From: a virus
DNA: 64,000 nt
Virus record (IMG/VR): IMGVR_UViG_3300010401_000033
Coordinates: 70,940-134,939 of that record
Strand: one strand, 5' to 3'
The notes beneath the pieces were generated by a model. It had not been told where the DNA came from and did not search any database. It saw only the letters and a list, made by a program, of their open reading frames with translations. Made by a program: the position numbers and the translations under genes. The first letter of the stretch is position 1. Each line of letters starts with the position of its first letter. Shown here piece by piece: positions 10,058 to 21,200 of the stretch.

Positions 10058-11974
10058 TTAGAAGGTGATGCTTGTCACATACGCATAGTAGCCCAGCCCC
10101 TGGGGGTTGCAGTATACAAAATTCCAACCATCCTGTGTAATCAACCCACTATATGTCAATTGGAACGCACTACCAGGCACCCCACACGGAGTTTGACCTC
10201 GGCTGAGGGTGTCGTTTCCAGAATTTCCAAAATTCATCTCAAAGGAATATCGGCCCCCAATGGCAAAGTTTCCTCCAAAGGTAGCGTTATAACTTCCTCC
10301 AAAGAATTGTATCGTGCAGGGAATTGGAGGGACACATGATTGGAGAGGCATCGGTTGGAGTCCTGTTGTCGCCGTCGAAGTAAACACCAGCCAATCAGGA
10401 TCAAATCCTGTCACCATTGTTCTATTCTGCTGGTGATATTCCTTAAAATTACTTGATGCGTTATTGTTGACATAACTAATGAGACAGTATTGATTATACC
10501 CGCTTGGTAGAACAAGTCCAGTATTATTTTCCTCCATACTGATCTGAAAAAATAGGTCTTGGGGCCCGGCTCCAACTCCTGTCGCATTCGCCGCAACCTT
10601 CCAGGTGCTGGTCACCACATTCCAGATACGACAATCTCCATATCCAGAATTGATTGTCAGATTTCCGCTGGTGTATCCAACGTTCGCCATCCAGTTTTGT
10701 TGCCCAGGTCCAAGAGGTGCCGTGTTTCCTGTGAAGGCAATGGAATTGGCAGTATCAGCCACCGCGGTTCCAAAATCTCCCTCTGCCACGATATGATAAC
10801 GATTTCCTGCACCGAGTGTGGCAGTCGTATCAAAAACAAATCTGAATTGAAATGGGGAAGTGGGAACAGTCTGTACAGATAGTCTCTGTGAAGTGCAAAG
10901 AATACCTCCATCCGCATTACCTGTTCCATCATCCCCCTCAATAGAAACCCACACATTACCCGTTGGGGTCAGGACTTTCTGGATTCTCACGTCTACAGAA
11001 GCCAAATTGCCAGTTCTGGATGGAACAAAACTTTGCGTAACTTTTGTGCAATACCTCATGGCAGGAATGGTCAGGGCGGTGTCACCTCTCCTCAGATACA
11101 CCAGTTGCGAATCTGTGGCAGGCCAATTAGCATCCAGCACCCTATCAAGCATACGGTGGAGGAGCAGAGCCCTTGCGCCTGTACTGCTATTCCGAATGGC
11201 ATAAACCTCATACCACGTACTGGCGGCCTCTACACTGTTAGCATCACGCCCCCCGGCACCGGAGATGGTAATGTCGGCCACGAGGTTATTCCAATCAGGG
11301 ATATATTCCCCATCCTGCATCGTGATGCCGTCAGCGTGTTTCAACAACACCTGGGAGGATTTTTTCGTTGGATCGTAGTGTGTTCCAATGAATACTCCGG
11401 TGGCCCTCTGACTACCGGACACGGCAAACCAACTCTGCTTCACAGAAGAACTTGCATTCACGCTCAACACTTGACCATCACTTCCCACAGGAAGCCGATG
11501 GGCCGTATTCGCAGCAAACCCTACCAGCAAATCTCCTGTGGTGACGAAAATGTTTGCTGTGTTGTCTGGACCCGTACCTCCCGAAATTGTGGCGACAGCA
11601 TTATCCACATAGAATTTTGATGCGATGCCACTATTTGTGGTTGGGCTTCCTGTCACATACCCAAAGGTGATTGTGGCATTCGTGATAATGGCGGTGTTGA
11701 TCGTGGCGATACCGATATTCGCTACATTGATGAGTGCAGTGGAAATGTTCGCAGTGTCAAAGAACCCATTCTCAAACACTCCATTGGTGACATTCAATGA
11801 TTCAAATTCATATACCACATCATAGGATGAATTGGCCGTGTTATAACGAACGGTTCCACCATAATCTACGGTGTTTGCCACAGTATGTACGGCATAAGTC
11901 ACCTCGCCGGCTGGTACCGGAACGGGAAGGATAGGAATTGGAGTCGTAGGTTTATTTTGCCAGACAAATCCCAT
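10058..11974 (-). CDS. fibre/spike paralog 4 of 4
   Basis: GDLLVG..RLPVG.DGQ, WYEVYAIRNSS, Q.F.P, LP.GY.Q.CLISY motifs shared by four tandem genes. Confidence 0.75.
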   Translation of the reverse strand: MGFVWQNKPTTPIPILPVPVPAGEVTYAVHTVANTVDYGGTVRYNTANSSYDVVYEFESLNVTNGVFENGFFDTANISTALINVANIGIATINTAIITNATITFGYVTGSPTTNSGIASKFYVDNAVATISGGTGPDNTANIFVTTGDLLVGFAANTAHRLPVGSDGQVLSVNASSSVKQSWFAVSGSQRATGVFIGTHYDPTKKSSQVLLKHADGITMQDGEYIPDWNNLVADITISGAGGRDANSVEAASTWYEVYAIRNSSTGARALLLHRMLDRVLDANWPATDSQLVYLRRGDTALTIPAMRYCTKVTQSFVPSRTGNLASVDVRIQKVLTPTGNVWVSIEGDDGTGNADGGILCTSQRLSVQTVPTSPFQFRFVFDTTATLGAGNRYHIVAEGDFGTAVADTANSIAFTGNTAPLGPGQQNWMANVGYTSGNLTINSGYGDCRIWNVVTSTWKVAANATGVGAGPQDLFFQISMEENNTGLVLPSGYNQYCLISYVNNNASSNFKEYHQQNRTMVTGFDPDWLVFTSTATTGLQPMPLQSCVPPIPCTIQFFGGSYNATFGGNFAIGGRYSFEMNFGNSGNDTLSRGQTPCGVPGSAFQLTYSGLITQDGWNFVYCNPQGLGYYAYVTSITF

Positions 11975-11982
11975 GATGTTCC

Positions 11983-13791
11983 TTAGAATAAAACCGCAGT
12001 GGTGTAGAGTCTACAATTGACGTTTTGCATACGAGCGAGCACAACTTGTTCTTCAACTACAATCATCCCGTAGGGGCCTAGGGTCGGATTGGCTACTGTA
12101 GTCAATTGATTTCGTGTGTTACAGGTGACTGAACCAGGGGTGCCGCTTCCAGCGATTTCAATGATGGGCATATCTGTGGATGCCACCCCTCCAACAGGCA
12201 CATGAGTTTTTGGACTTCCTCCGGTGAGCCAGTGATAGAATTGTACCGAGCATGTCACTGGGGGCACGTACCCCGACAAATCAACCGCCTCAATGAGCCC
12301 TGTGAGGGAGGTAAAGCATCGCCAATCAGAGGAGACCCCCATAACCATTGTGCGGTTTTTCTGGACGTATTGTTTGAATTTTCCGTTACTGTCATTATAA
12401 ACATAACTGATAAGGCATCGCTGGTCGTACCCAGTAGGAAGCGTCACGGCCGTAATTGGAGTGCTGCGTATGAATGTTTTGAACCAGAAATCACTTGCTC
12501 CCCCAAGGGCTGATCCTGTTGCCCATGTGAGGGTGCTGGCCTCTTGTTCACTGGCTATTCCACTGGCATATCCACCGGCAGCAAGACCACTTAAGGATGT
12601 ATAGTTCGTGTCGCTCGCAGTATAATTTCCATGATAGACAATGTGATACGTGGTGCCGATGGACACACTGGTATTGGTGTCAAATAAGAACCGCATTCGG
12701 GCTTTATCCGTAGGCAGCCGAGACACATCCATCACACGACTCGTTGCCAGGACGGTGCCGCTAGGAAATGGGGTATTATCCGATTCAAGCGTGACCCAGA
12801 TCAATCCTGTTGGGCTCCCCGTTCTTGCCACTTCCAATTCAACGCTGGTAAGAGGACCATTGGCAGCCGGGACAAAACTCTGCGCCAATAGTGATTTCCC
12901 ACCAGTGATTTTATTCAATGGTCGTGAGGTGTCAGAAGCAACCACAAAGGATTGATCCAGGAGCACCTCCGTAGCGCGATGGAGGATAAGGCTATTCGCA
13001 CCATTACTACTATTCCGAATGGCATGGACCTCATACCAATGCGAGGCACCTTCAACCCCTGTATCCAATCCCCCTGCACCAGAAATTTCAATATCCGCAG
13101 TCTTATTTTGCCATCCAGATGTACGAGTGCCATCATTCATGATGATTTCTCCGGCATAACGAAGAATCACAACATGATCGTTTCCAGAAAGATCGTAGTG
13201 AGTTTGAACCCAGAGATTATTGAATACCTCTTGCCCAGCCACATCAATCCAACGTAACCCAGTATTGGGAATCGTGCTATCAGCGATAAGGATTTGTCCA
13301 TCAGTTCCCACAGGTAATCGTGTGGCGGTGTTTGGACCCGTACCCACTAGCAAATCACCTTTAGCGTCAATGATATTTTGCAGATCACTGCCTCCCGATG
13401 GAACGTTTGCCATCGCCGCATCCACATAATGCTTTGAGGCGATGCCAAGATTTGATGTAGGATCGGACCCTACAAAACCATAGAGGATGTTGGCATTCAT
13501 GATATTGGCTGTGGTGATACGTGCGACATTGATCGTCGCGGTAGAAATGTGTGCCGTGTTGATCGTCATGTTGTTGAATTCAACATTTGTGAATGTGGCG
13601 ACATTGATATTGGCGGTTGGCAACTCATACACAATGTCGTATGACACATTTGGAGTATTGTACGAGAGAGTGCCCCCGGCATTCACCAGATTAGCAACGG
13701 CTTTTTGCTCATAGGTGATCTCTCCCGGTGGGACTGGGATGGGAAGATCGGTTGATGGAGGATTTGGTTTATCTGTCCATTTGAAAGGCAT
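11983..13791 (-). CDS. fibre/spike paralog 3 of 4
   Basis: Same shared architecture. Confidence 0.75.
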   Translation of the reverse strand: MPFKWTDKPNPPSTDLPIPVPPGEITYEQKAVANLVNAGGTLSYNTPNVSYDIVYELPTANINVATFTNVEFNNMTINTAHISTATINVARITTANIMNANILYGFVGSDPTSNLGIASKHYVDAAMANVPSGGSDLQNIIDAKGDLLVGTGPNTATRLPVGTDGQILIADSTIPNTGLRWIDVAGQEVFNNLWVQTHYDLSGNDHVVILRYAGEIIMNDGTRTSGWQNKTADIEISGAGGLDTGVEGASHWYEVHAIRNSSNGANSLILHRATEVLLDQSFVVASDTSRPLNKITGGKSLLAQSFVPAANGPLTSVELEVARTGSPTGLIWVTLESDNTPFPSGTVLATSRVMDVSRLPTDKARMRFLFDTNTSVSIGTTYHIVYHGNYTASDTNYTSLSGLAAGGYASGIASEQEASTLTWATGSALGGASDFWFKTFIRSTPITAVTLPTGYDQRCLISYVYNDSNGKFKQYVQKNRTMVMGVSSDWRCFTSLTGLIEAVDLSGYVPPVTCSVQFYHWLTGGSPKTHVPVGGVASTDMPIIEIAGSGTPGSVTCNTRNQLTTVANPTLGPYGMIVVEEQVVLARMQNVNCRLYTTAVLF

Positions 13792-15707
13792 TAGAATTCA
13801 ATTCCTGCGATATATAATTCACCCAACGTACTGCCTCCGCCATGATTAACATGGGCATTAAACTCCACAAGGATCGGCCCAAGGGCTTTTGGTTCTCCAC
13901 TACCTATTGATGCACTCAATGAGCCACTGATTTCTGATACCAAAGGTTGGACGGGCAATTCAGTACACGCAAGATTGCCGTGCCCGAACACCGCTTCTCC
14001 AGATGCCGCAGTCAATTTATAAATCCACACCAGGCATGGTACTGGTGGGACATATTCCCCCATGTGGATGGGTTCAGGGAAAGCAACCTGAGCAGAATTA
14101 TTCGCCCCAGGACTTTCTGCTCTTAGGGCATTTGACCCACCATTCTGATAATACATCCACTCATAGTGATAGGACATGGACATTTTATAATCACGCTGAT
14201 GATACTCACGGAGCGTTGAGTGAAATGTTGTGGAGCAATAACTTACTAAACATTTCTGATCGTAACCGGCCGGCATGGTTACTGAGGTGCTGTTGGCTTC
14301 CACAAACGTTCTGAAATAGAGATTGGACGGACCCTGGGTTCCGTCAATTCCGGCTCCACTGTTAGACATCGCCCATCCGTTGGTATTTGCATTGAAGAAC
14401 TTACAAACACCATTGGCATACGGAAACGAGGGGGTGGCGCTATCTCCAAAAATTTTAATATAATTTATATTCGTTTGTACGTTGCCTTGTGTATAATCTG
14501 CATGAACAACCGCCCAGTAGGTGGTGTTAGAGGTGACATTGGCAGTGGTGTCAAAGGGGAACCGTGTCCTCACAGAATCCGATGTGAGATTGCCAATACG
14601 TCCCGCTGAGACTCTTCGGCTGGTTGCCAGGATCGTTCCACTAGCGTTATTGGTTGCATCGTTGGTTTCCAGCGTTACCCACAGATTCCCCACTGGGGCA
14701 CCTGTGCGGCCGATCGTGAGGTCAATACCCAAGAATGGTCCGTTGGATTGGGCGATAAATTTTTGCGCGACATTGATTGTGACGCTTTGGGTGGCCCCAT
14801 AGACAAAATTGATGCTTCGTGAAACGGCTGCTGTAGGTGCATAATGAATATCAACTCGTGTATCCTTCGCACGATGCAACAAGAGGGCCTGGGCACCGGA
14901 GGAACTATTGCGAATGGCATAAATTTCATAACAGGTATTCGGAAGAATGGTGCCCGTATCAATGCCTCCGGCACCTGAGAGCGAGGTATCCGCTACAAGA
15001 CCATTCCATCCAGTTGAGATTCTTTGCCCATCATCCATCACAATTTCATCAGTTTGAAGGAGAACAATTTGACTGTTCCTTGATCCTCCAGACCAGTTCG
15101 TTCCAATTACCATACCTCGGTGAGAAGAGGTGGAGCCTATTGGACCCGTCCAACGCATACCGGTATTTCCAGAACTTGATTCCGCCATAAGCACCTGCTT
15201 GTCAGTGGTGCCCACAGGAAATCGTTCGGCGGTATTATCCGAGACTCCGACAAGCAAATCACCCGCAGCGAGAATCAATAATTGGAGATTGCCACCAGTC
15301 GGTGTGGAATTGGCAGCGAGGGCATCAACATATTCCTTTGTGGCAATCTGATCGTTTGAAGAGGGATTAACGCCCATCACTCCATTGGCAATCGTGGCAC
15401 TCACGATATTGGCAGTGTTGATTGTGGCTACATTGATCGTGGCAGTGTTGATGGAAGCGTTGAGGTGAACCTGCACATTATCAGCCTCGAGGTGCGTCAC
15501 ATGAAGATCATGGACGTTGAGGCTTGGGAGGGTATAGAGAACATCGTACCCGACATTGCGGGTGTTGTAGGAGACCGTACCCAGGATAGGGCTCACGTTG
15601 ACGGTGTTAGCGACAACGTGAACCTCGGTGGAGACTTCCGTGGGCCCAATAACGGGCGCTTCAACGGCTTCGGGAATGCGTGGATCGTTCACCCATACAA
15701 ATGGCAT
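13791..15707 (-). CDS. fibre/spike paralog 2 of 4
   Basis: Same shared architecture. Confidence 0.75.
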   Translation of the reverse strand: MPFVWVNDPRIPEAVEAPVIGPTEVSTEVHVVANTVNVSPILGTVSYNTRNVGYDVLYTLPSLNVHDLHVTHLEADNVQVHLNASINTATINVATINTANIVSATIANGVMGVNPSSNDQIATKEYVDALAANSTPTGGNLQLLILAAGDLLVGVSDNTAERFPVGTTDKQVLMAESSSGNTGMRWTGPIGSTSSHRGMVIGTNWSGGSRNSQIVLLQTDEIVMDDGQRISTGWNGLVADTSLSGAGGIDTGTILPNTCYEIYAIRNSSSGAQALLLHRAKDTRVDIHYAPTAAVSRSINFVYGATQSVTINVAQKFIAQSNGPFLGIDLTIGRTGAPVGNLWVTLETNDATNNASGTILATSRRVSAGRIGNLTSDSVRTRFPFDTTANVTSNTTYWAVVHADYTQGNVQTNINYIKIFGDSATPSFPYANGVCKFFNANTNGWAMSNSGAGIDGTQGPSNLYFRTFVEANSTSVTMPAGYDQKCLVSYCSTTFHSTLREYHQRDYKMSMSYHYEWMYYQNGGSNALRAESPGANNSAQVAFPEPIHMGEYVPPVPCLVWIYKLTAASGEAVFGHGNLACTELPVQPLVSEISGSLSASIGSGEPKALGPILVEFNAHVNHGGGSTLGELYIAGIEF

Positions 15708-15715
15708 AGTAAGGG

Positions 15716-15723
15716 TATTTATG
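15716..15723 (-). promoter_or_regulatory. late promoter CATAAATA
   Basis: 8 nt upstream of the 15707 ATG. Confidence 0.65.
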
Positions 15724-15730
15724 AGTCACT

Positions 15731-18040
15731 TTAGAAGGTGAATGACGAAATATAAAACTTGGTTATCGCAACTCCTACGTGAACCATCATGGCTTGCTGC
15801 TCAATCCAAATTGGAGGTGTTGGCATGTAACCGATTGAACCTTGCGTCCCTGCCCCTCCATACACAAACCCTCTATTTTCCATACCAGCGTTGGTGTTAT
15901 TTGGAATATCCAAAGCGTCCAACGAACCATAATTTGCAAAATTGATACCCCCGGAGGCTTGTATGGCAATGAATACAACTTCACAATGAATTGGAGGAAC
16001 AACATTTGTGAGATCAGCCACCTCTGGATTTGCAATTTGTTTGGTAGCAAACCCCATCCACTGATAACTAGTGAAGGTATTGATGGTTCGGTCGCGTTGA
16101 CGGAATTCTCGTAATTTACTATTACCGTCTGTGGCAACGTACCCAATCAGGCATTTCTGATCGTAGCCAGTCGGGAACGTAACACTGGTACTATTGGCTT
16201 CCTGATATGTCTTAAATGTCAATACTCCAATACCAGGGGTCAGCGTCACATACGAACCACCATTAAAACCTTTAACAACCCCTGTTGTGTATGCCGTCGT
16301 TGATCCCTCAAGAGTTGTGAAATTGGTATCGCTCGCAGAGTAATCAGTTTGGTAGACCCAGAAATATGAGTTACCAGCAACTACGTTTGCTGTGGCGTCA
16401 AATACAAATCTCACGTTCATATGTGCTGTTTGTGCTTTGGCCACATCATATTTTCGGCTAGTGGCTAATGCGACACCACTCGGCGCCTGTGCGGTGTTGG
16501 CTTCCAAGGTGAGCCAGACGTTACCCACTGGGGTGCCTGTCTTGAACATCTGAATTTCAAGGCTGGTGAGTGGCCCAGAAACATTCGGTGTAAAACTCTG
16601 AGCAACCTTCACATTTGGACTGGTGGTTTTGTTCACCGCTAGCGTGGTATTATATGCGAATACAACAGTGTTTGTGGTATTCTGATCCACATTACGGTCA
16701 AGCGCACGGTGGAGGATAAAATTCTTCGTTCCATCTGAACGCTTACGAATTGCGTATACTTCGTACCAAGTGTTTGCGAGAACCACACCCGTATCAAGGA
16801 ACCCTGCGCCGTTTGAAGTGATATCAATGGTTGCTGGCACCGTCCAACCCGTCACCACTTCCCCATCGTCCATCGTGGCTTCGTCCAGTTTATACACGAT
16901 GATTTGGTTTCCGTTTGCCACTTTGTCGGCTTGAGATGTACCCATAGAAAGACCGCGGAATCCTTGCGCTGGTCGTCCTGAATAACGCATCCCTGTTGTT
17001 TGGGTGGTGTCAACGATTAGGACTTGTCCGTTTGATCCTGCAACGAGTGTTGCATAGGTATTGGCGCCAGTACCAAGAATCACGTCACCCTTGGCATTGA
17101 AGGAGAGTTTGTTAACCAGATTCGCCCCTGCCCCAGTGTCCACATAATTTTTCGTGGCGACTTGTAGGTTTGACGTTGGGTTTGCGGTGACTGAGATGGA
17201 ACCTGATGTGATGTTCGTGGAAGCGATGTTCACAGATACAAGGTTCGCCACATTCGCAAAGAGATTGGTGATGTTTGCCGTAGAGATATTCGCGGTGCCC
17301 ACGGTCTCTGTGGTGATGTTGGCAAATGTGGTGCTGAGAGATACCAACCCAGTCAACGTGGTGATGTTCGCCGTAGAGATATTCTGTGTGCCGACGGTCA
17401 AACTGGTGATATTCGCAACGCTAGCATTCAATGTTGCCACAAATGAATTGCTGATGTTTGCCGATGAGACGTTGATGATTCTGGCATTAGCATTGTCTGT
17501 GGTGACCAATGTTGCAATCAAGGCTTGGTGTTGTGAGGTACCCGACACAGACAAATCTGTGACATTGGCAAAACTGACATTCAACACAGGAACCGTGAGT
17601 TCCGATACAGACAATGACGTGATGGCTACTGTTCCGATGTTCGCGTATTGGATATTCGCCGAATACACATTTGCACGGTCACTGACCTGTAGCAATCCAG
17701 TGATGTTCGCATTGGCAGAGAGATGATCGGTGCTGATGACGTTGGTGATCGTCGCTCCAACGATGTTGGCAACGGTGACATTGGCAGTAGAGATGTTGGA
17801 TCGTCCTACAGTCTCATTCGTGACATTGGCTTGCGAAGCATTAAGCAGGCTGATATTCCCGGTGCTAATCAGCGCCGTGTTGCCGACGTTGATCCCGACC
17901 CCTGGGTTCGAGAAGGTCCAGGCAGCATTCGTGACTACTTGTGGACCATCGGTCAAGTTATTGGCAACCGCAATCATCGCCGACACCGCGGTGACTAACT
18001 GACCAAAGGTATTCGCTGTAGAAATCTGATTGATAGACAT
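15731..18040 (-). CDS. fibre/spike paralog 1 of 4, with a long ANIT pentapeptide stalk
   Basis: Distinct N-terminus (ANTFGQL...), about 250 aa of AN(I/V)xx repeats, shared C-terminal domains. Confidence 0.75.
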   Translation of the reverse strand: MSINQISTANTFGQLVTAVSAMIAVANNLTDGPQVVTNAAWTFSNPGVGINVGNTALISTGNISLLNASQANVTNETVGRSNISTANVTVANIVGATITNVISTDHLSANANITGLLQVSDRANVYSANIQYANIGTVAITSLSVSELTVPVLNVSFANVTDLSVSGTSQHQALIATLVTTDNANARIINVSSANISNSFVATLNASVANITSLTVGTQNISTANITTLTGLVSLSTTFANITTETVGTANISTANITNLFANVANLVSVNIASTNITSGSISVTANPTSNLQVATKNYVDTGAGANLVNKLSFNAKGDVILGTGANTYATLVAGSNGQVLIVDTTQTTGMRYSGRPAQGFRGLSMGTSQADKVANGNQIIVYKLDEATMDDGEVVTGWTVPATIDITSNGAGFLDTGVVLANTWYEVYAIRKRSDGTKNFILHRALDRNVDQNTTNTVVFAYNTTLAVNKTTSPNVKVAQSFTPNVSGPLTSLEIQMFKTGTPVGNVWLTLEANTAQAPSGVALATSRKYDVAKAQTAHMNVRFVFDATANVVAGNSYFWVYQTDYSASDTNFTTLEGSTTAYTTGVVKGFNGGSYVTLTPGIGVLTFKTYQEANSTSVTFPTGYDQKCLIGYVATDGNSKLREFRQRDRTINTFTSYQWMGFATKQIANPEVADLTNVVPPIHCEVVFIAIQASGGINFANYGSLDALDIPNNTNAGMENRGFVYGGAGTQGSIGYMPTPPIWIEQQAMMVHVGVAITKFYISSFTF

Positions 18041-18279
18041 TAGCCTCTACTCCTCAAGACGCTCAATTCACCCACAATCTTTTTCAATGTTGCCATTTCC
18101 AGTTCAATACTCTCAAGACGTTGCTTCGTCTCTTGAAATTCTTTACGTTGTGCCAGAACTCTTCGTCTCTGTGCTTGATAGGTCTGTAACCCCTGAACAT
18201 CCGTATTGAGCACGGCTTGCGTGTTCATATCCCGTACCAGTTCAGTGTTTTCAATCTTGACAGTATTTAGCATTGACAT
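18040..18279 (-). CDS. small conserved coiled-coil protein of T4-like phages
   Basis: VKIE...LVRD..T.AVLNTD pattern typical of the gene next to the large virion protein. Confidence 0.6.
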   Translation of the reverse strand: MSMLNTVKIENTELVRDMNTQAVLNTDVQGLQTYQAQRRRVLAQRKEFQETKQRLESIELEMATLKKIVGELSVLRSRG

Positions 18280-18286
18280 GTTAGCC

Positions 18287-21200
18287 TTACGAGAGTGCCG
18301 GGAGGGCCACTACTCTGAAATCTCTCACTCGCGGTACCTTTGTGGTATCCGTTGAAGAGAGGACAACCTTGATGGCGAAATACTTGAAACTGACGAATGA
18401 ACCATATTGCACACGGTCGTCTGCGATATTGTTTGAACCTGGGGCGTACACGAAATCCTTAAAGTCTAGTTGGTTCTGAGAGACATTATTCTGCCCCTGG
18501 ATGATCGTCATGCGCTGGTAACTCTTGTTATCAAACGTATCGGCATCATCGGCAGAGAGAATCTTGTAATACACATCAATGTTTGCGTTGATTGGCGCAT
18601 AGGCTGAGAAGTAGACGCGGAAATCTCCGGCGTCCAATCCATCTGCCAACGTCACCATGCGGGTGATGTAACGTGCCACAGAAGGTCCACCAAATGGATG
18701 ATCTTCTCCTGCACAACTGATATTTGCAGTCAGTGAAGTGTTGCCCGAGAGCGTGACCGTCGGTGCTGTCGTGTAACGGCTACCCTCTGAATCCACCACC
18801 ACATTTGCGAGGACTCGGTTGTTACTATCAATCTGCGTGTTTGCCACATACGCATTCGCACCACTTCCACCACCCCCTGAGATTGTCAAGGTGAGGTTAG
18901 CCGCCGTCTGCCAATTGGCGCTTGAACTGAGGACGACCATGAGGCTATTTGAGAGCCCCAAGTTATTCACAAGATTTTCTACTGCCAACACTGAGAGACG
19001 ATCCATGTCAATGACTGGTGCTACGTCAATGTTGGTGGTTGAGAGGAGGATTCTCAACTTGAACGAAGCATTGTCGCTGGTGCAGACTCGGCGACCCAAA
19101 AGGTCGTCAAAGTAGACATTTTCTCCCATTTCAAATTCCTTGGCATTTTCCTTGACTCCGGCAGCCGTCGTGGTTGCAAAGAAGGATTGAATATCTGTGT
19201 TTGGCAACAAGAGGTTGCCAGAAGTGATATAGAATGTGTCCAGCGCCACATTCGAGGTGATGCCGTTACCATCGGATAACTGGAATTCCACATTGGCAGT
19301 CACCGTGGTATCAAACTGAGCGTAAAGGATACGCATGGTCAAGTCTTGTTCCTGGATTGGGTTCCAAGTGGTGGAGTTCTGAGACTTGAACAAGACACCC
19401 AGATATGGTTGCTCTGAGATCAGTCGGTTCGTACCAATGATCTTGCTGCCCATGTTAGACACGTAGACTTCATACTTCACTGAGTTGGCGAGCAACACGA
19501 TGCAGTATTCCGCTCCTGGCTGCAAGTAGACCGGTCCCACGAAATTGATTTCGGTGTACATCGTCGCATCGTCCATCGGATTGCGTCCCGCGGCATATGC
19601 GGCACCCAACGTGGTTTCATCCACAAGGGTGATATCACTTGGGTTCACAGCGATGTTGGTGCCCGGAACAATCTGTGAGGAGTGTGGGAAACCATTGACC
19701 ACTGGTCGTAATTGCACTTCCACAGGGATGTTGGCATCCTTGTCCTTGAACAAGAGACGGACCCCTGTCAACATGACACCAGATGGATGGAATTGCTGGT
19801 CCACTAAGAATGTTTGAGCGAGAGGATCGTAGTAGCCGATGTTCTTTTGCCCAATGACTGCACTGGTCACCTTGTCTGTTACGACGGTGCGGTTATCCGT
19901 GACCGAAGTTTGTTGGATACTTGGTGAACGAGTTGAGACGATAGTGTTTTCTACAGTCTGCAAGAGACCGGAAGCAAAATACTTCACTGATCCATTGGTG
20001 CCTGAACCTTCAAGCGTTCCAGAGGACGAGTCCACCAGGGTAAATTGACGTTCTCCTGTACGGAAACTGATATTCTCTGTGGAAGGAATAATGAAGATAC
20101 CTGCCACTTCCCCGCGGTAGTCACTGGCAAACTGACCAATTGAATAGGAGGTCTGGGTGTTCGGTGTTACACTGACAGATGGAGTAAAATGCACATTGCG
20201 TGTCGTGAAATCATAAGAATCAATTGTCGCACTCTGTCCAAGTCCATTGGCAGAGGTAAAGTAAATGGTCTGTCCAAGGATTGTGGTATTGGAAATACCA
20301 ACATTGGAATTCGCAATGTCATGTGACAAGAGGATGCTGCTCACGTTCGGGTTCGTGACGAATCCTGAACGGTGGTAGTATCCAGAGATACGAGAGTTCG
20401 CGCCACTGGTTTCTCCCACTAAGAATGTCGCATTGCTGCTGTGGATGAAGTACGCATTGGCCACGTTGGAATCATCGCCACCCTGCACACTCACGATGCT
20501 GACGTTGGTACCGTCCGTTTCATTACGGCTGAGAACCACGACCCCTGTTGCGGTATTCGCGCCACGGGCTGGATCATACACACGAACGGTTTCCCCCTGC
20601 TGATAGGTGTCTGTGTAGACAATGGTGTTGTCCGATACCTTAACGATGTTTGGTCTGTTGCAGTAAGAGGTCACGGCACTATCGTCAAAGAACGCATAAA
20701 GGTTCGTGTTTGGACGGAATAGTTTGCCAGTGAACAAGACACCACGCGAGCGCATACGTGCAATCACAGATGAATCAATGATCTTGTCACCAATAGAAGT
20801 CTGGATTGTTTCAGGTGCAAAGGCAGTTTGGATACCCGTGCGAACCTGCTTTTGTGTTGTTTCAGTCGTGGTACGCTTTACTACGTTGCCGTAGGCTTGA
20901 ACAACGTGGCCAGGACCAGGCATGTGTCCGACATAGGTTGGGTTAATGATCGTGCTGGATTGCTGCACCCCAGTCCAAGTGGTCTGCCATGAGTTCCACT
21001 GGGTACCAAAAATCTTCCCTGGGTTAATCTGATTGACGGCCGCAGTTAACGCTGCCCAACCATCGTTATCCCCTTCAAGGTTCACATGCACATCTGGCGC
21101 ACGGTTCGTATCCACCCAAGTATCAGAAGAAGGATCAAGTTTGATCTGTCCAATGAAGGAAATGGTGTTGAATGGGTTCACATTGATTGCCAGTGCAGCC

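Noticed and set aside
10058-18040. Diversity-generating retroelement acting on the fibre paralogs
   Set aside because: No reverse transcriptase in the window, and no repeat pair with adenine-specific mismatches was noticed
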